Part shown: piece by piece, positions 1-7,205 of the stretch | Layout of the letters: each line of letters opens with the position of its first letter | Numbering within the stretch: position 1 is the stretch's first letter | Virus record (IMG/VR): IMGVR_UViG_3300044670_002514 | Span: 1 to 24,143 of that record | Strand: one strand, 5' to 3' | DNA from: a virus | Taxonomy: Duplodnaviria > Caudoviricetes | DNA: 24,143 bases | Notes under the pieces: generated by a model | What the model was told of the DNA's origin: nothing | Databases searched by the model: none | The model's input: the letters and a program-made list of their open reading frames with translations, nothing else | Position numbers and translations under genes: made by a program

Positions 1-1
1 C

Positions 2-262
2 ATCTATAATAAACAACATGATCTATCTGAATGGACTGATCCCAAGAACTATAAGACATATGATGAGTTGAAATCTCGCTTGGCAATGGTCTTAGGAGAA
101 TCATCAACTCCTATGAATGCAAGGGTATTAGAGAGTCTTGATCAGTCTGATGATATTCCTGGCTTTCCATCTACGCCAGATCCCGTTATTCGTACGGCAG
201 AGTCCTCTATGGCTGAGGATGATACGATGACCTATTTCGCTAAACTAGCAGCGGAAGACTAA
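2..262 (+). CDS. gp32: single-stranded DNA-binding protein (T4 gp32-like), C-terminal part; 5' truncated by window
   Basis: Frame is open from base 2: IYNKQHDLSEWTDPKNYKTYDELKSRLAMVLG...EDDTMTYFAKLAAED. The K-T-Y-D-E-L-K-x-R-L motif and acidic DDTM-x-YFAKLA tail are typical of gp32 C-termini in T4-like phages. The ORF-track start at 68 is internal. Confidence 0.93.
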   Translation: MYNKQHDLSEWTDPKNYKTYDELKSRLAMVLGESSTPMNARVLESLDQSDDIPGFPSTPDPVIRTAESSMAEDDTMTYFAKLAAED

Positions 263-264
263 AA

Positions 265-352
265 TCCTAGCTATGGAAGTGGCCCTCTAACTAGGTCGGT
301 ATAAGCACTGGTACCGCATAACCCAGTCGGTTGCTGCATACGTGAAATGCAG
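265..352. ncRNA. candidate structured RNA element (hairpin + possible H-type pseudoknot + hairpin) between gp32 and the convergent tape-measure gene
   Basis: Spacer 263-390 is 50% GC (hand count 64/128) in an AT-rich window. Stems: 266-270/291-295, 297-301/312-316 crossed with 307-311/323-327, and 334-339/347-352. Family not recognised. Confidence 0.4.
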
Positions 353-355
353 ATA

Positions 356-388
356 AGAAGGGAGGCACCTAGGAAGGCCTCCCTTTTG
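356..388. terminator. probable bidirectional intrinsic terminator
   Basis: Perfect 9-bp stem AAGGGAGGC (358-366)/GCCTCCCTT (377-385) with a 10-nt loop. It is followed by T-rich tails on both strands and lies between convergent genes. Confidence 0.75.
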
Positions 389-390
389 AT

Positions 391-2226
391 TTATTGAGCT
401 GGTGAAACTAGATTTTGTGTTACGGGTGCCTGGTCTACAGCCGGTAATGACATGGGTTCTCCACCACCGCCTCCTCCACCACCTATATTTGTATCTCCAC
501 CCTGAATGATATAGGTATCACCCACTTGAGCAATCTGTCCACTCTCCAACATACTTGCTATTATTGAATTAACCTGATTTCTTTCACCCTGAGCTCTTGA
601 TCCAAATCGAGCGAGTGGCATACTTCTATCAAACAATTCGTTTCTACCAACTGCGGAAATCCCTCGACCCTTCATACTGTTTAGTCTAAACCTATCAACT
701 CTGCTGTTTAGATCCATATCAATTGGCTCGTAGGGATCATTAAGATTTGTATTGGCAAAGGTATTATAATCCATAATTTGTTTATAACTTTCCCATGTCG
801 ACATATCATTAGGATCAAACCCTGGTGCCTTTTCTGGGTATCTAAAAAAGTGTTTTTCATCGGCCCATTTTTTTAACTCTTCGGTAGCCATAGACATTAC
901 ATAGATCGCATATTGCCCCGTATCACCTGGCGGAAGACCCATATCTCCATAATTTCTATGTAATTCTTTCATACTATTTTGTATTTGTAATAATATGGCT
1001 ATACCACCCTTACCTCTTTCAGTCGCTACCAGTTCAATATCTTGCAACGCTTTTCGCATGGGACCCGCTATATCACTAAACTCACCTGCGGGGCCAGCAC
1101 CCAAACCAAACTGTAATGCCATACCCGGCACACTTCCGGCTATCCTGAACGCAGTTGAAAGTCCTTTTGCTACAAACGAAGGAGTATTTAATATCTTTGA
1201 GGCAATCCTTAAACCAGGTGTTTTTGCAATCACTGGAGGCACTTTTGCCTTTGCCACCGTATTGGCACCTAACTCTAATGCAGCCGAAACAGGATCAAGC
1301 GCGGCCACAAGAGCAGTTGGTGCAGCCCGGTTTATGGTGCGCCGTGATAAGCTTAGTGATCCCGATTGGTAACTTTTTAGACGAGTATCACCACCATCTA
1401 TATCGGGAGGAGTCAGCCGCATAGTAGGATCTGCTACTAATGGTTTTGTAACTGTCGTGGGATCTGCACTTAATGATGGGGTGTCAATAGATGGTGCGGT
1501 TGGTGAAGTCGGAGTATTTATTCTGTTGACCAGAGCATCAGCGCCACCCGTAAGTTTTTTGGCAACCCCATCCTTAACGCTATAATTATTACCGGCTCCA
1601 TCGGTCCATGTATTACCAACCATATTTTTTGTTAGATTGATTGGTGATCCCTTAAAGGTAATGGTGGGTTTTGGTATTGGTTTTGGAATTACAATATTAG
1701 GAGATGATACCACTTTTTGGGCGACTAATTTAGGACCGGGTTGCCGGTTGAGCACGGTTGGATTGATTGTGGGTGATTGAGACATGCCAGAATTTAATGA
1801 ACTTTTATCCAATTGGTTAGCCAGACCAGCAATTGATAACGTAATATCTCCATCAAGGGGATTAGCTAATGCCTCGGCTTTTGTTGCAACTAACTTTTTT
1901 TCAAAGTCAGATAAAAAACCATCGAGTAGGGTCCTTACACCAACTACACCAGCTGCTGTTGCAGCCGCAGCCTTTGCAAGGTTAGATATACCCGAAGTAG
2001 AGCTCTTATCATCTCTTCGCTTTGGTTCCGGTCTGGCCGCTACCTTTAGTTTTTTGTTCTCGGCCTCTAGCTGATCAAGCTTGTTACGTTCTTGATTCCT
2101 TATAAAATTACTAAAATTTTTGTTGAGGCCATCAACACCATCACCAACCCTATTAATACCCTCAAGGGTATCACTGTTAATTTTCTTTTGCTCTTCAAGC
2201 TTTCTGGCTAGTGATGTTAAACTCAT
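391..2226 (-). CDS. putative tail tape-measure / baseplate hub protein (gp29-like by position)
   Basis: 611 aa with a coiled-coil-like N-terminus and Ala/Gly-rich helical stretches. It lies directly downstream of gp26/gp51-like genes and is close in length to T4 gp29 (about 590 aa). No direct sequence motif recognised. Confidence 0.55.
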   Translation of the reverse strand: MSLTSLARKLEEQKKINSDTLEGINRVGDGVDGLNKNFSNFIRNQERNKLDQLEAENKKLKVAARPEPKRRDDKSSTSGISNLAKAAAATAAGVVGVRTLLDGFLSDFEKKLVATKAEALANPLDGDITLSIAGLANQLDKSSLNSGMSQSPTINPTVLNRQPGPKLVAQKVVSSPNIVIPKPIPKPTITFKGSPINLTKNMVGNTWTDGAGNNYSVKDGVAKKLTGGADALVNRINTPTSPTAPSIDTPSLSADPTTVTKPLVADPTMRLTPPDIDGGDTRLKSYQSGSLSLSRRTINRAAPTALVAALDPVSAALELGANTVAKAKVPPVIAKTPGLRIASKILNTPSFVAKGLSTAFRIAGSVPGMALQFGLGAGPAGEFSDIAGPMRKALQDIELVATERGKGGIAILLQIQNSMKELHRNYGDMGLPPGDTGQYAIYVMSMATEELKKWADEKHFFRYPEKAPGFDPNDMSTWESYKQIMDYNTFANTNLNDPYEPIDMDLNSRVDRFRLNSMKGRGISAVGRNELFDRSMPLARFGSRAQGERNQVNSIIASMLESGQIAQVGDTYIIQGGDTNIGGGGGGGGEPMSLPAVDQAPVTQNLVSPAQ

Positions 2227-2415
2227 TTAAATACCCTGCTGCGCCTTTCGCTCTTCGGCGATTTTTTTCATTTGTTCGATCAAAAGATTAACGTAAATTT
2301 CTCTCTCCCATGGCATCATTGTTTCTATGTCGCTGAGTGAATAACTATGGTTTTCCATTAGTTGAAAATTCACTTGATAATAATTAACCAGTGTATCATG
2401 AGAGAGAGCTATTAA
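2227..2415 (-). CDS. gp51: gp51-like baseplate hub assembly frame (62 codons), not in the ORF track; probably expressed as a -1 frameshift extension of the gp26-like gene
   Basis: Hand translation: LIALSHDTLVNYYQVNFQLMENHSYSLSDIETMMPWEREIYVNLLIEQMKKIAEERKAQQGI*. The YY-x-NF-x-LM...YSL-x-x-IE-x-MMPWEREIY pattern is the small gp51-like ORF that follows gp26 in T4-like phages. There is no ATG until codon 20, which is after the conserved YY..NF. Confidence 0.85.
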   Translation of the reverse strand, partial: LIALSHDTLVNYYQVNFQLMENHSYSLSDIETMMPWEREIYVNLLIEQMKKIAEERKAQQGI

Positions 2416-2421
2416 AAAAAA
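2301..2421 (-). promoter_or_regulatory. putative programmed -1 ribosomal frameshift signal (slippery heptamer + 3' stimulatory structure)
   Basis: mRNA reads CAG GAU UUU UUU UAA UAG. Heptamer U UUU UUU is at 2421-2415, followed by a 6-nt spacer. CUCUCUCUCAUG (2408-2397) then pairs with CAUGGGAGAGAG (2312-2301), and a nested hairpin spans 2374-2336. Confidence 0.75.
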
Positions 2422-3122
2422 TCCTGTAATCCCTGTAGTGTATATTTATTCTCTTTATCGCATTTATTGCAGACAAATTCTGCTTCATATTTTAAAGACG
2501 GTAAATCATTTACATATTCAAGTATTTTTTGATAATGTGATGTCGAAAGACTATCCATAAATTCTTTGACTTCTTCTTCTGGCTCATCTTTAAACATAAA
2601 CGAATCACTATCCGTATGAAGTGAGTGAAGACACATTAGAGATAGATGATAAAGAATCTCTGTATAGCTCTCACCCTTTAATATATTTTCTTTTTGAATG
2701 GCCTCGGAGTATCGGGGAAATCCCATGGTCAACTCCATTTCATCATTAAGTTTTATTTTGGTATTGGGAAAATCCTTTTTATTAATATTAATTGTTGACA
2801 CGTCAATATCAATAGAGTTTGGATGTTCACAATCACAACGTAAGAGTATAGTAGAAGTCTCTCCAACAGATTTGGATCTTATTTGAAGAAACATATATTC
2901 TATATCAAATGTTGCAAGTTTGGTTATATCAATATCTTCTTCTACACATGTCTTGACAATATCAGCAATGGCCTTAGCTGCCATTAGATCATCGCCTGAT
3001 TCAAATGCTAAGAGTAACACTTTTTCTTCACCTACATTATAGGGTCTAAAGTGTACTGATTGTTGGAGAGAAGGTAATGTGCAATTAAATTTTGGGTAAT
3101 TAGTATGCCTAGGAAGGGTCAT
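2412..3122 (-). CDS. gp26: baseplate hub subunit / assembly chaperone (T4 gp26-like)
   Basis: Motifs LPS...FRPYNVGEEKVLL and LATFDIEYMFLQIRSKSVGE, Cys pairs CDC and CNKC, and the C-terminal LQGLQDFF. SD GAGGA lies upstream of the start. Confidence 0.9.
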   Translation of the reverse strand: MTLPRHTNYPKFNCTLPSLQQSVHFRPYNVGEEKVLLLAFESGDDLMAAKAIADIVKTCVEEDIDITKLATFDIEYMFLQIRSKSVGETSTILLRCDCEHPNSIDIDVSTININKKDFPNTKIKLNDEMELTMGFPRYSEAIQKENILKGESYTEILYHLSLMCLHSLHTDSDSFMFKDEPEEEVKEFMDSLSTSHYQKILEYVNDLPSLKYEAEFVCNKCDKENKYTLQGLQDFF

Positions 3123-3134
3123 TTCAAATCCTCA

Positions 3135-3845
3135 TTAAATTATATTATTCAAGAACCCCACAATGTTCTGCCTTGCTGTACTTGTAAAGGCTTCTTTTAA
3201 ACTTGAGGGTGTTAGCACAAACGGAGCTACCCAATCGGTATAACTAAGTTGTATGTTTAATTCCACCACTCCATCAATATCATTATTGAGTTGAATGGAA
3301 TTCATAGTTGTGGGAAATGCATCTTTAAGTTGACATCTATAGACCACAATATCATTAAACTGATCATTAAGTCCTAGTAGAGTTTCTCCCAGCTGAAAAT
3401 CAGATAGGGATGGTAATACATTCCCCATACCACTAGAAAATTCTTTTCTAAATCTTTGTGGTAGGTTTTTTACTTTCTTAAATTGTTCAATTGTTACATC
3501 TCTTACATAATCCTTTTTATAACCAATTTCATATCTATTTTGATCTACCGCAAGTGATTGCCATGTTTCAAAATATTCCTTTACACCATAATTATTAAGT
3601 ACCTGAAATGTCATTGTTACATCTTGTATCAAATACCCTGTTGCTACTCTTTCGGACACCAATCCAAAATTAAAAGGAGTCGTCGTAACCTGACGTCCTG
3701 GCAGCTGCACATCCCGACATAGAATATTCATTTCTTCGGATCTACCACCAGGTAAAGAAGGAAGTTTTACTCGCCATAGATTATTACGAGCCAGACCGCC
3801 TTTTGCAGATACGAGGCTTTTAAACTGATCTACTGTACCAGCCAT
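3135..3845 (-). CDS. tail-tube-fold protein (gp19 family; probable gp54-like tail tube initiator)
   Basis: Motifs GGLARNNLWRV, LCRDVQLPGR, VKEYFETWQ, YKKDY and L-x-DAFPT...ELNIQLSYTDW are typical of the gp19/gp54 tube fold. Confidence 0.75.
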   Translation of the reverse strand: MAGTVDQFKSLVSAKGGLARNNLWRVKLPSLPGGRSEEMNILCRDVQLPGRQVTTTPFNFGLVSERVATGYLIQDVTMTFQVLNNYGVKEYFETWQSLAVDQNRYEIGYKKDYVRDVTIEQFKKVKNLPQRFRKEFSSGMGNVLPSLSDFQLGETLLGLNDQFNDIVVYRCQLKDAFPTTMNSIQLNNDIDGVVELNIQLSYTDWVAPFVLTPSSLKEAFTSTARQNIVGFLNNII

Positions 3846-4429
3846 TACATTTTCCTTCTTGAGTCAGAATAAACTTTGCTTTTCCCGGCCTTCTGAAAGT
3901 CAGCCGTTGGCAAAAATGTTGCTATCTCCCATTCAGGAGCTTCTACCTTTGCAAATCTACTTCTCACATTTTTATTTAAATAGTGTTTTATGCAGGGCTT
4001 AAAGTACTTATACTTGCCGGCTCTTTTTAACATATTATAGGAAATATTAAATTTAGTGGACTCATCATAACTTTTATTGTTTGTAATGTCCAATAGTCCA
4101 TCAAGAAATTTTGCTCTGAGAATTGGTGGGAGATAATGTAGATTGAGTCCCATAAACCCACCCTCTGCTGGGCCTATGACGACTACCAGAGGAAAACTAT
4201 CATAATAGGGTAACTTGGCCTTATGTTTAGGATCATAGAAAAACATATACATTGAACCGACAATCTGCCTATTAGACAACTTAATGGGTTCTTCTTTCAT
4301 CAGAGCATTTCTATTGACACTGCGCATAGCGGATGCCTTACGCTTAAACCAATCCCGGGACTGTTGGGTCCTTGGCGTGATACCGTTACGGAAGGCTTCC
4401 ATTTCTAATTTGTAAAATAAATTTGACAT
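3845..4429 (-). CDS. gp2: DNA end protector protein
   Basis: Motifs MYMFFYDPKHK-x-KLPYYDSFPL, GLNLHYLPP-x-LRAKFLD and EWEIATFLPT. Confidence 0.95.
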   Translation of the reverse strand: MSNLFYKLEMEAFRNGITPRTQQSRDWFKRKASAMRSVNRNALMKEEPIKLSNRQIVGSMYMFFYDPKHKAKLPYYDSFPLVVVIGPAEGGFMGLNLHYLPPILRAKFLDGLLDITNNKSYDESTKFNISYNMLKRAGKYKYFKPCIKHYLNKNVRSRFAKVEAPEWEIATFLPTADFQKAGKSKVYSDSRRKM

Positions 4430-4437
4430 ACCATTAT

Positions 4438-4929
4438 TTATCTACGTTTTTTAACTTTTAGTGGCTTTAAAGGTTTAAGAGTTCTCTTTGGTTTGGGTAA
4501 AATACCCATTGATGCTAATTCTTTCTCAGTCCATATCTGAAATCCCCAACCCCTGTCTGCAGCATAGTTTTGGGCAGCAGCCCATTTATTCATATTCTTT
4601 ACATATGTCAAACCTTCGGTTATATATTTTTTTGTCTTACGACCCTTAAATTCAGGAGGAGATGTTTCCTTTCCTGGTTTGATTTCAATTAAAAAGGTCT
4701 TGCCATCCTTAAATGTAATCTTTAGATCCATAAAGTATCGATGATATTTTTTATCGACATCATAGAAGTAGGGTATGATTACTTCTTCGGAAGACCAAGA
4801 ACGAATTGAGGTATTATCATCACACCATTTAAAAGCATTTCTTTCCCACAAAGATCTAAAAATAACATTTTCAGTGTCACCCCTATATTTGCTTTTATTC
4901 TTTAGTTTATATCTTCCAGAATATGCCAT
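4438..4929 (-). CDS. gp4: head completion nuclease (TnsA-like PD-(D/E)xK fold)
   Basis: Motifs MAYSGRY..N..KYRGD, FRSLWER, WSSEEVIIPY, HRYFMD, IEIKP and KW-x-AA...F-x-IWTEKEL. Confidence 0.95.
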   Translation of the reverse strand: MAYSGRYKLKNKSKYRGDTENVIFRSLWERNAFKWCDDNTSIRSWSSEEVIIPYFYDVDKKYHRYFMDLKITFKDGKTFLIEIKPGKETSPPEFKGRKTKKYITEGLTYVKNMNKWAAAQNYAADRGWGFQIWTEKELASMGILPKPKRTLKPLKPLKVKKRR

Positions 4930-4937
4930 ATTAACCT

Positions 4938-4945
4938 TATAAATA
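4938..4945 (+). promoter_or_regulatory. T4 late promoter (gp55-dependent)
   Basis: Exact TATAAATA upstream of gp48, followed by SD AAGGA. Confidence 0.85.
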
Positions 4946-4960
4946 CTTTTAAGTTTTTTA

Positions 4961-4968
4961 TATTTATT
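4961..4968 (-). promoter_or_regulatory. T4 late promoter variant driving the leftward operon
   Basis: AATAAATA on the minus strand (1 mismatch to consensus), about 30 nt upstream of the gp4 ATG. Confidence 0.6.
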
Positions 4969-4979
4969 AAGGAAATCTT

Positions 4980-6161
4980 ATGGGTGTTGGCAAGGTAAAA
5001 ATAGAAGAGGGTGTATCTGATCAGGCATGGTTTCCCCTTGAAAACCAAGATGACTATAGAGGTCGTATAACATTTCGATCCTATTATGAGGATTATTCTA
5101 ATCTGTGGGAAGCTGGCACAACTATATTTGAAAGGTCAACTAGCTCTTCTACACCTACTACTACTGCACCCCTTTCGGCCGCCGAAGCCGCTGCTATTGC
5201 CGGTAAACGTCAAGTCCAAGAGGCCAGACATATAGGTAACAGGAAAAGACATCAGAATGTAACCGAAACAGATCATCAAACAATTTCTCTATTCCTTCCG
5301 TCCTCTATTCAAATAGCTGATAAGATTGATTATTCTCAGCCAGAATTAGGTTTAAGAGGTGCTTTAGCATTTATGGGTACTAGAGGAGCCGCTATGGGGG
5401 CTACAGTGACCGGGAGTGATGTTCAGAACGCTGCAGTCAATGCTGTTAAGGGTACCCTGAATCAACTGTTTAGTGGTAATCTTGGTTCAACCGCATCATC
5501 TTTAGCGACCCAAAGACTTGCCCAAAAGTTTAGTATGCCCGATGTTGCTGGTGGAGTAGCGGCAGCTACTGGTGTTGCGGTCAATCCAAATAAAAGAAAT
5601 ATCCTAAATGGTGTTGCCCTAAGGACCTTTAGATTTACATTTAAGTTAATTGCTAGGTCTGAAAGAGAGTCCAATGAAATAAAAAAAATAATCTATATGT
5701 TCCGTAGTCGTATGTATCCTCGCCTTACTGATGATAGCAAGGTTATATCTCCTGAAGTAGGAGGATTGACATCTACTGCTAATGACATATTAAATTTTGA
5801 GGGTATGTCTGCTGGTTTGAATTATCCCGCTAAATGGGACATTGAAATGTCTTACTACACTCAAGCTGATATTACTGCTAGGAATGAAAGATGGGTGCGC
5901 GTTGGTACCGAAATACTACCCTGCTTCCTAGAATCTTTTGAGGCTGTCTATAACCCCAATTCCATGTCTTTTCATTCTGATGGTTCACCTTCAGAAGTTG
6001 ATATTTCTATTAACTATGTAGAAGAAAGAGCCATGAACGCAAATGATATTGAATCACCCCCAGGTTATAATAAAGGATGGGGTATGATGGATACCGATAG
6101 ATTTAGGGAAGAGTATCAAAATCTAACTCGAGAAGACACTCGATTTTCAGGAGTACGTTAA
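4980..6161 (+). CDS. gp48: baseplate tail tube cap
   Basis: Motifs ISLFLP, NPN....NGVALRTFRFTFKLIARSERES..I..II..FR..MYP and PCFLESFEAVYNPN...DGSP. Position is divergent from gp4 and upstream of gp53. Confidence 0.85.
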   Translation: MGVGKVKIEEGVSDQAWFPLENQDDYRGRITFRSYYEDYSNLWEAGTTIFERSTSSSTPTTTAPLSAAEAAAIAGKRQVQEARHIGNRKRHQNVTETDHQTISLFLPSSIQIADKIDYSQPELGLRGALAFMGTRGAAMGATVTGSDVQNAAVNAVKGTLNQLFSGNLGSTASSLATQRLAQKFSMPDVAGGVAAATGVAVNPNKRNILNGVALRTFRFTFKLIARSERESNEIKKIIYMFRSRMYPRLTDDSKVISPEVGGLTSTANDILNFEGMSAGLNYPAKWDIEMSYYTQADITARNERWVRVGTEILPCFLESFEAVYNPNSMSFHSDGSPSEVDISINYVEERAMNANDIESPPGYNKGWGMMDTDRFREEYQNLTREDTRFSGVR

Positions 6162-7204
6162 TGACAATGTTCTCTAATTTTCCAATTGTGGATTATAATT
6201 TTGGCGGTCTTACCAATTCTGCTTTGTTTGATAACATTTCAACTCAAGTGGATTTGGTAGACAGATTTAAGGATAATCTAAATCTTTACACCGAATACTT
6301 TATAAAGGATGGTGAGAGGCCAGATATACTATCCTATAATTTTTATGGTACGGTCGATTATTACTATCTTTTCTATCTCCTTAATGAAAAACTTAGGATA
6401 AAGGGATGGCCACTTGATGAGTCCGAAATAATTGCTAAGTCTTCTGTTTACTATCCCCATAAGGCAATTCAGACTACTGACCCCATAAGTGTTGGATTTT
6501 ATAAGGGTGATCTTGTGGCCACTATTGATTATGCCTCAGTTGAATACCCAACCTTCAAGGGTAAAATAATTGAAAAGAATCTTATGCTAGGACAATTAAT
6601 AATTGAACCTGTTACCGAAATAAGAGATATTCAAATTACTAATCCAGGATCTGGTTATACTACACCTCCCGTGGTAACTATATCGGGTGGTAATGGATCG
6701 GGTGCCACTGCCATTGCAACTATTTCAGGTGGTTCGGTCTCGGCCATATCTATTCAAAAAAGAGGTTCTGGCTATACAACAGTACCTACCATAACCTTGA
6801 CGGCACCTACTACTGGAGCAAATACAGCTACTGCTACTGCCGTTATATCATCTGTAACCATAAACGAAGGTGATCGAATTTATAGTGATCCTGGGGTAGA
6901 CATAATAGAAAATTGGAATCAGGTTCCCGTGACAATACCCAATGCTAGGGTTGATGGTCTAAAGAATCAAACTCTTGGTATTCATCATTATGAAAATGCT
7001 AATGGCGAAAGACTAGATCTTAATGTATTGCCAACCGGTGGAGTCAATATAGATCAGTTCGTGGGTGATCAAACCGGATCAGGTGGTATAACATACCTCC
7101 AGCAACTCAGGCGTGAAAATGATTCTCTTAGACAGATAAAGGTATTTGAACCTAAGGTTGCTCGCCAAATCCACATCGAATATAATAGATTATTAAAGAA
7201 CTAG
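6161..7204 (+). CDS. gp53: baseplate wedge subunit with an inserted GSGYT-repeat beta domain
   Basis: Motifs FSNFPIVDY, YFIKDGERPDILSYNFYGTVDYYYLFYLLN (LysM-like), GWPL, HHYE and END..RQIKV. Confidence 0.9.
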   Translation: MTMFSNFPIVDYNFGGLTNSALFDNISTQVDLVDRFKDNLNLYTEYFIKDGERPDILSYNFYGTVDYYYLFYLLNEKLRIKGWPLDESEIIAKSSVYYPHKAIQTTDPISVGFYKGDLVATIDYASVEYPTFKGKIIEKNLMLGQLIIEPVTEIRDIQITNPGSGYTTPPVVTISGGNGSGATAIATISGGSVSAISIQKRGSGYTTVPTITLTAPTTGANTATATAVISSVTINEGDRIYSDPGVDIIENWNQVPVTIPNARVDGLKNQTLGIHHYENANGERLDLNVLPTGGVNIDQFVGDQTGSGGITYLQQLRRENDSLRQIKVFEPKVARQIHIEYNRLLKN

Positions 7205-7205
7205 T

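Noticed and set aside
263-390. SAM-I riboswitch, tRNA, or hammerhead/HDV/twister ribozyme in the gp32 spacer
   Set aside because: GATAAGAAG and TGGCCCT resemble SAM-I fragments, but the 5' P1 strand and core are missing. There is no cloverleaf or T-loop, and the catalytic core motifs of those ribozymes could not be placed.
461-484. (CCA/CCT/CCG)n microsatellite-like run
   Set aside because: It simply encodes a poly-Gly linker with mixed codons.
995-2074. Plus-strand ORFs 995-1372, 1155-1424 and 1784-2074
   Set aside because: Antisense shadows of the 611-aa gene, with no SD or recognisable motifs.
2227-2399. Independent start for the gp51-like ORF
   Set aside because: The ATG at 2399-2397 is in the gp26 frame, not the gp51-like frame. 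In-frame GTG (codon 15) and ATG (codon 20) fall inside the conserved motif and lack an SD. Not fully excluded, but less parsimonious than frameshifting.
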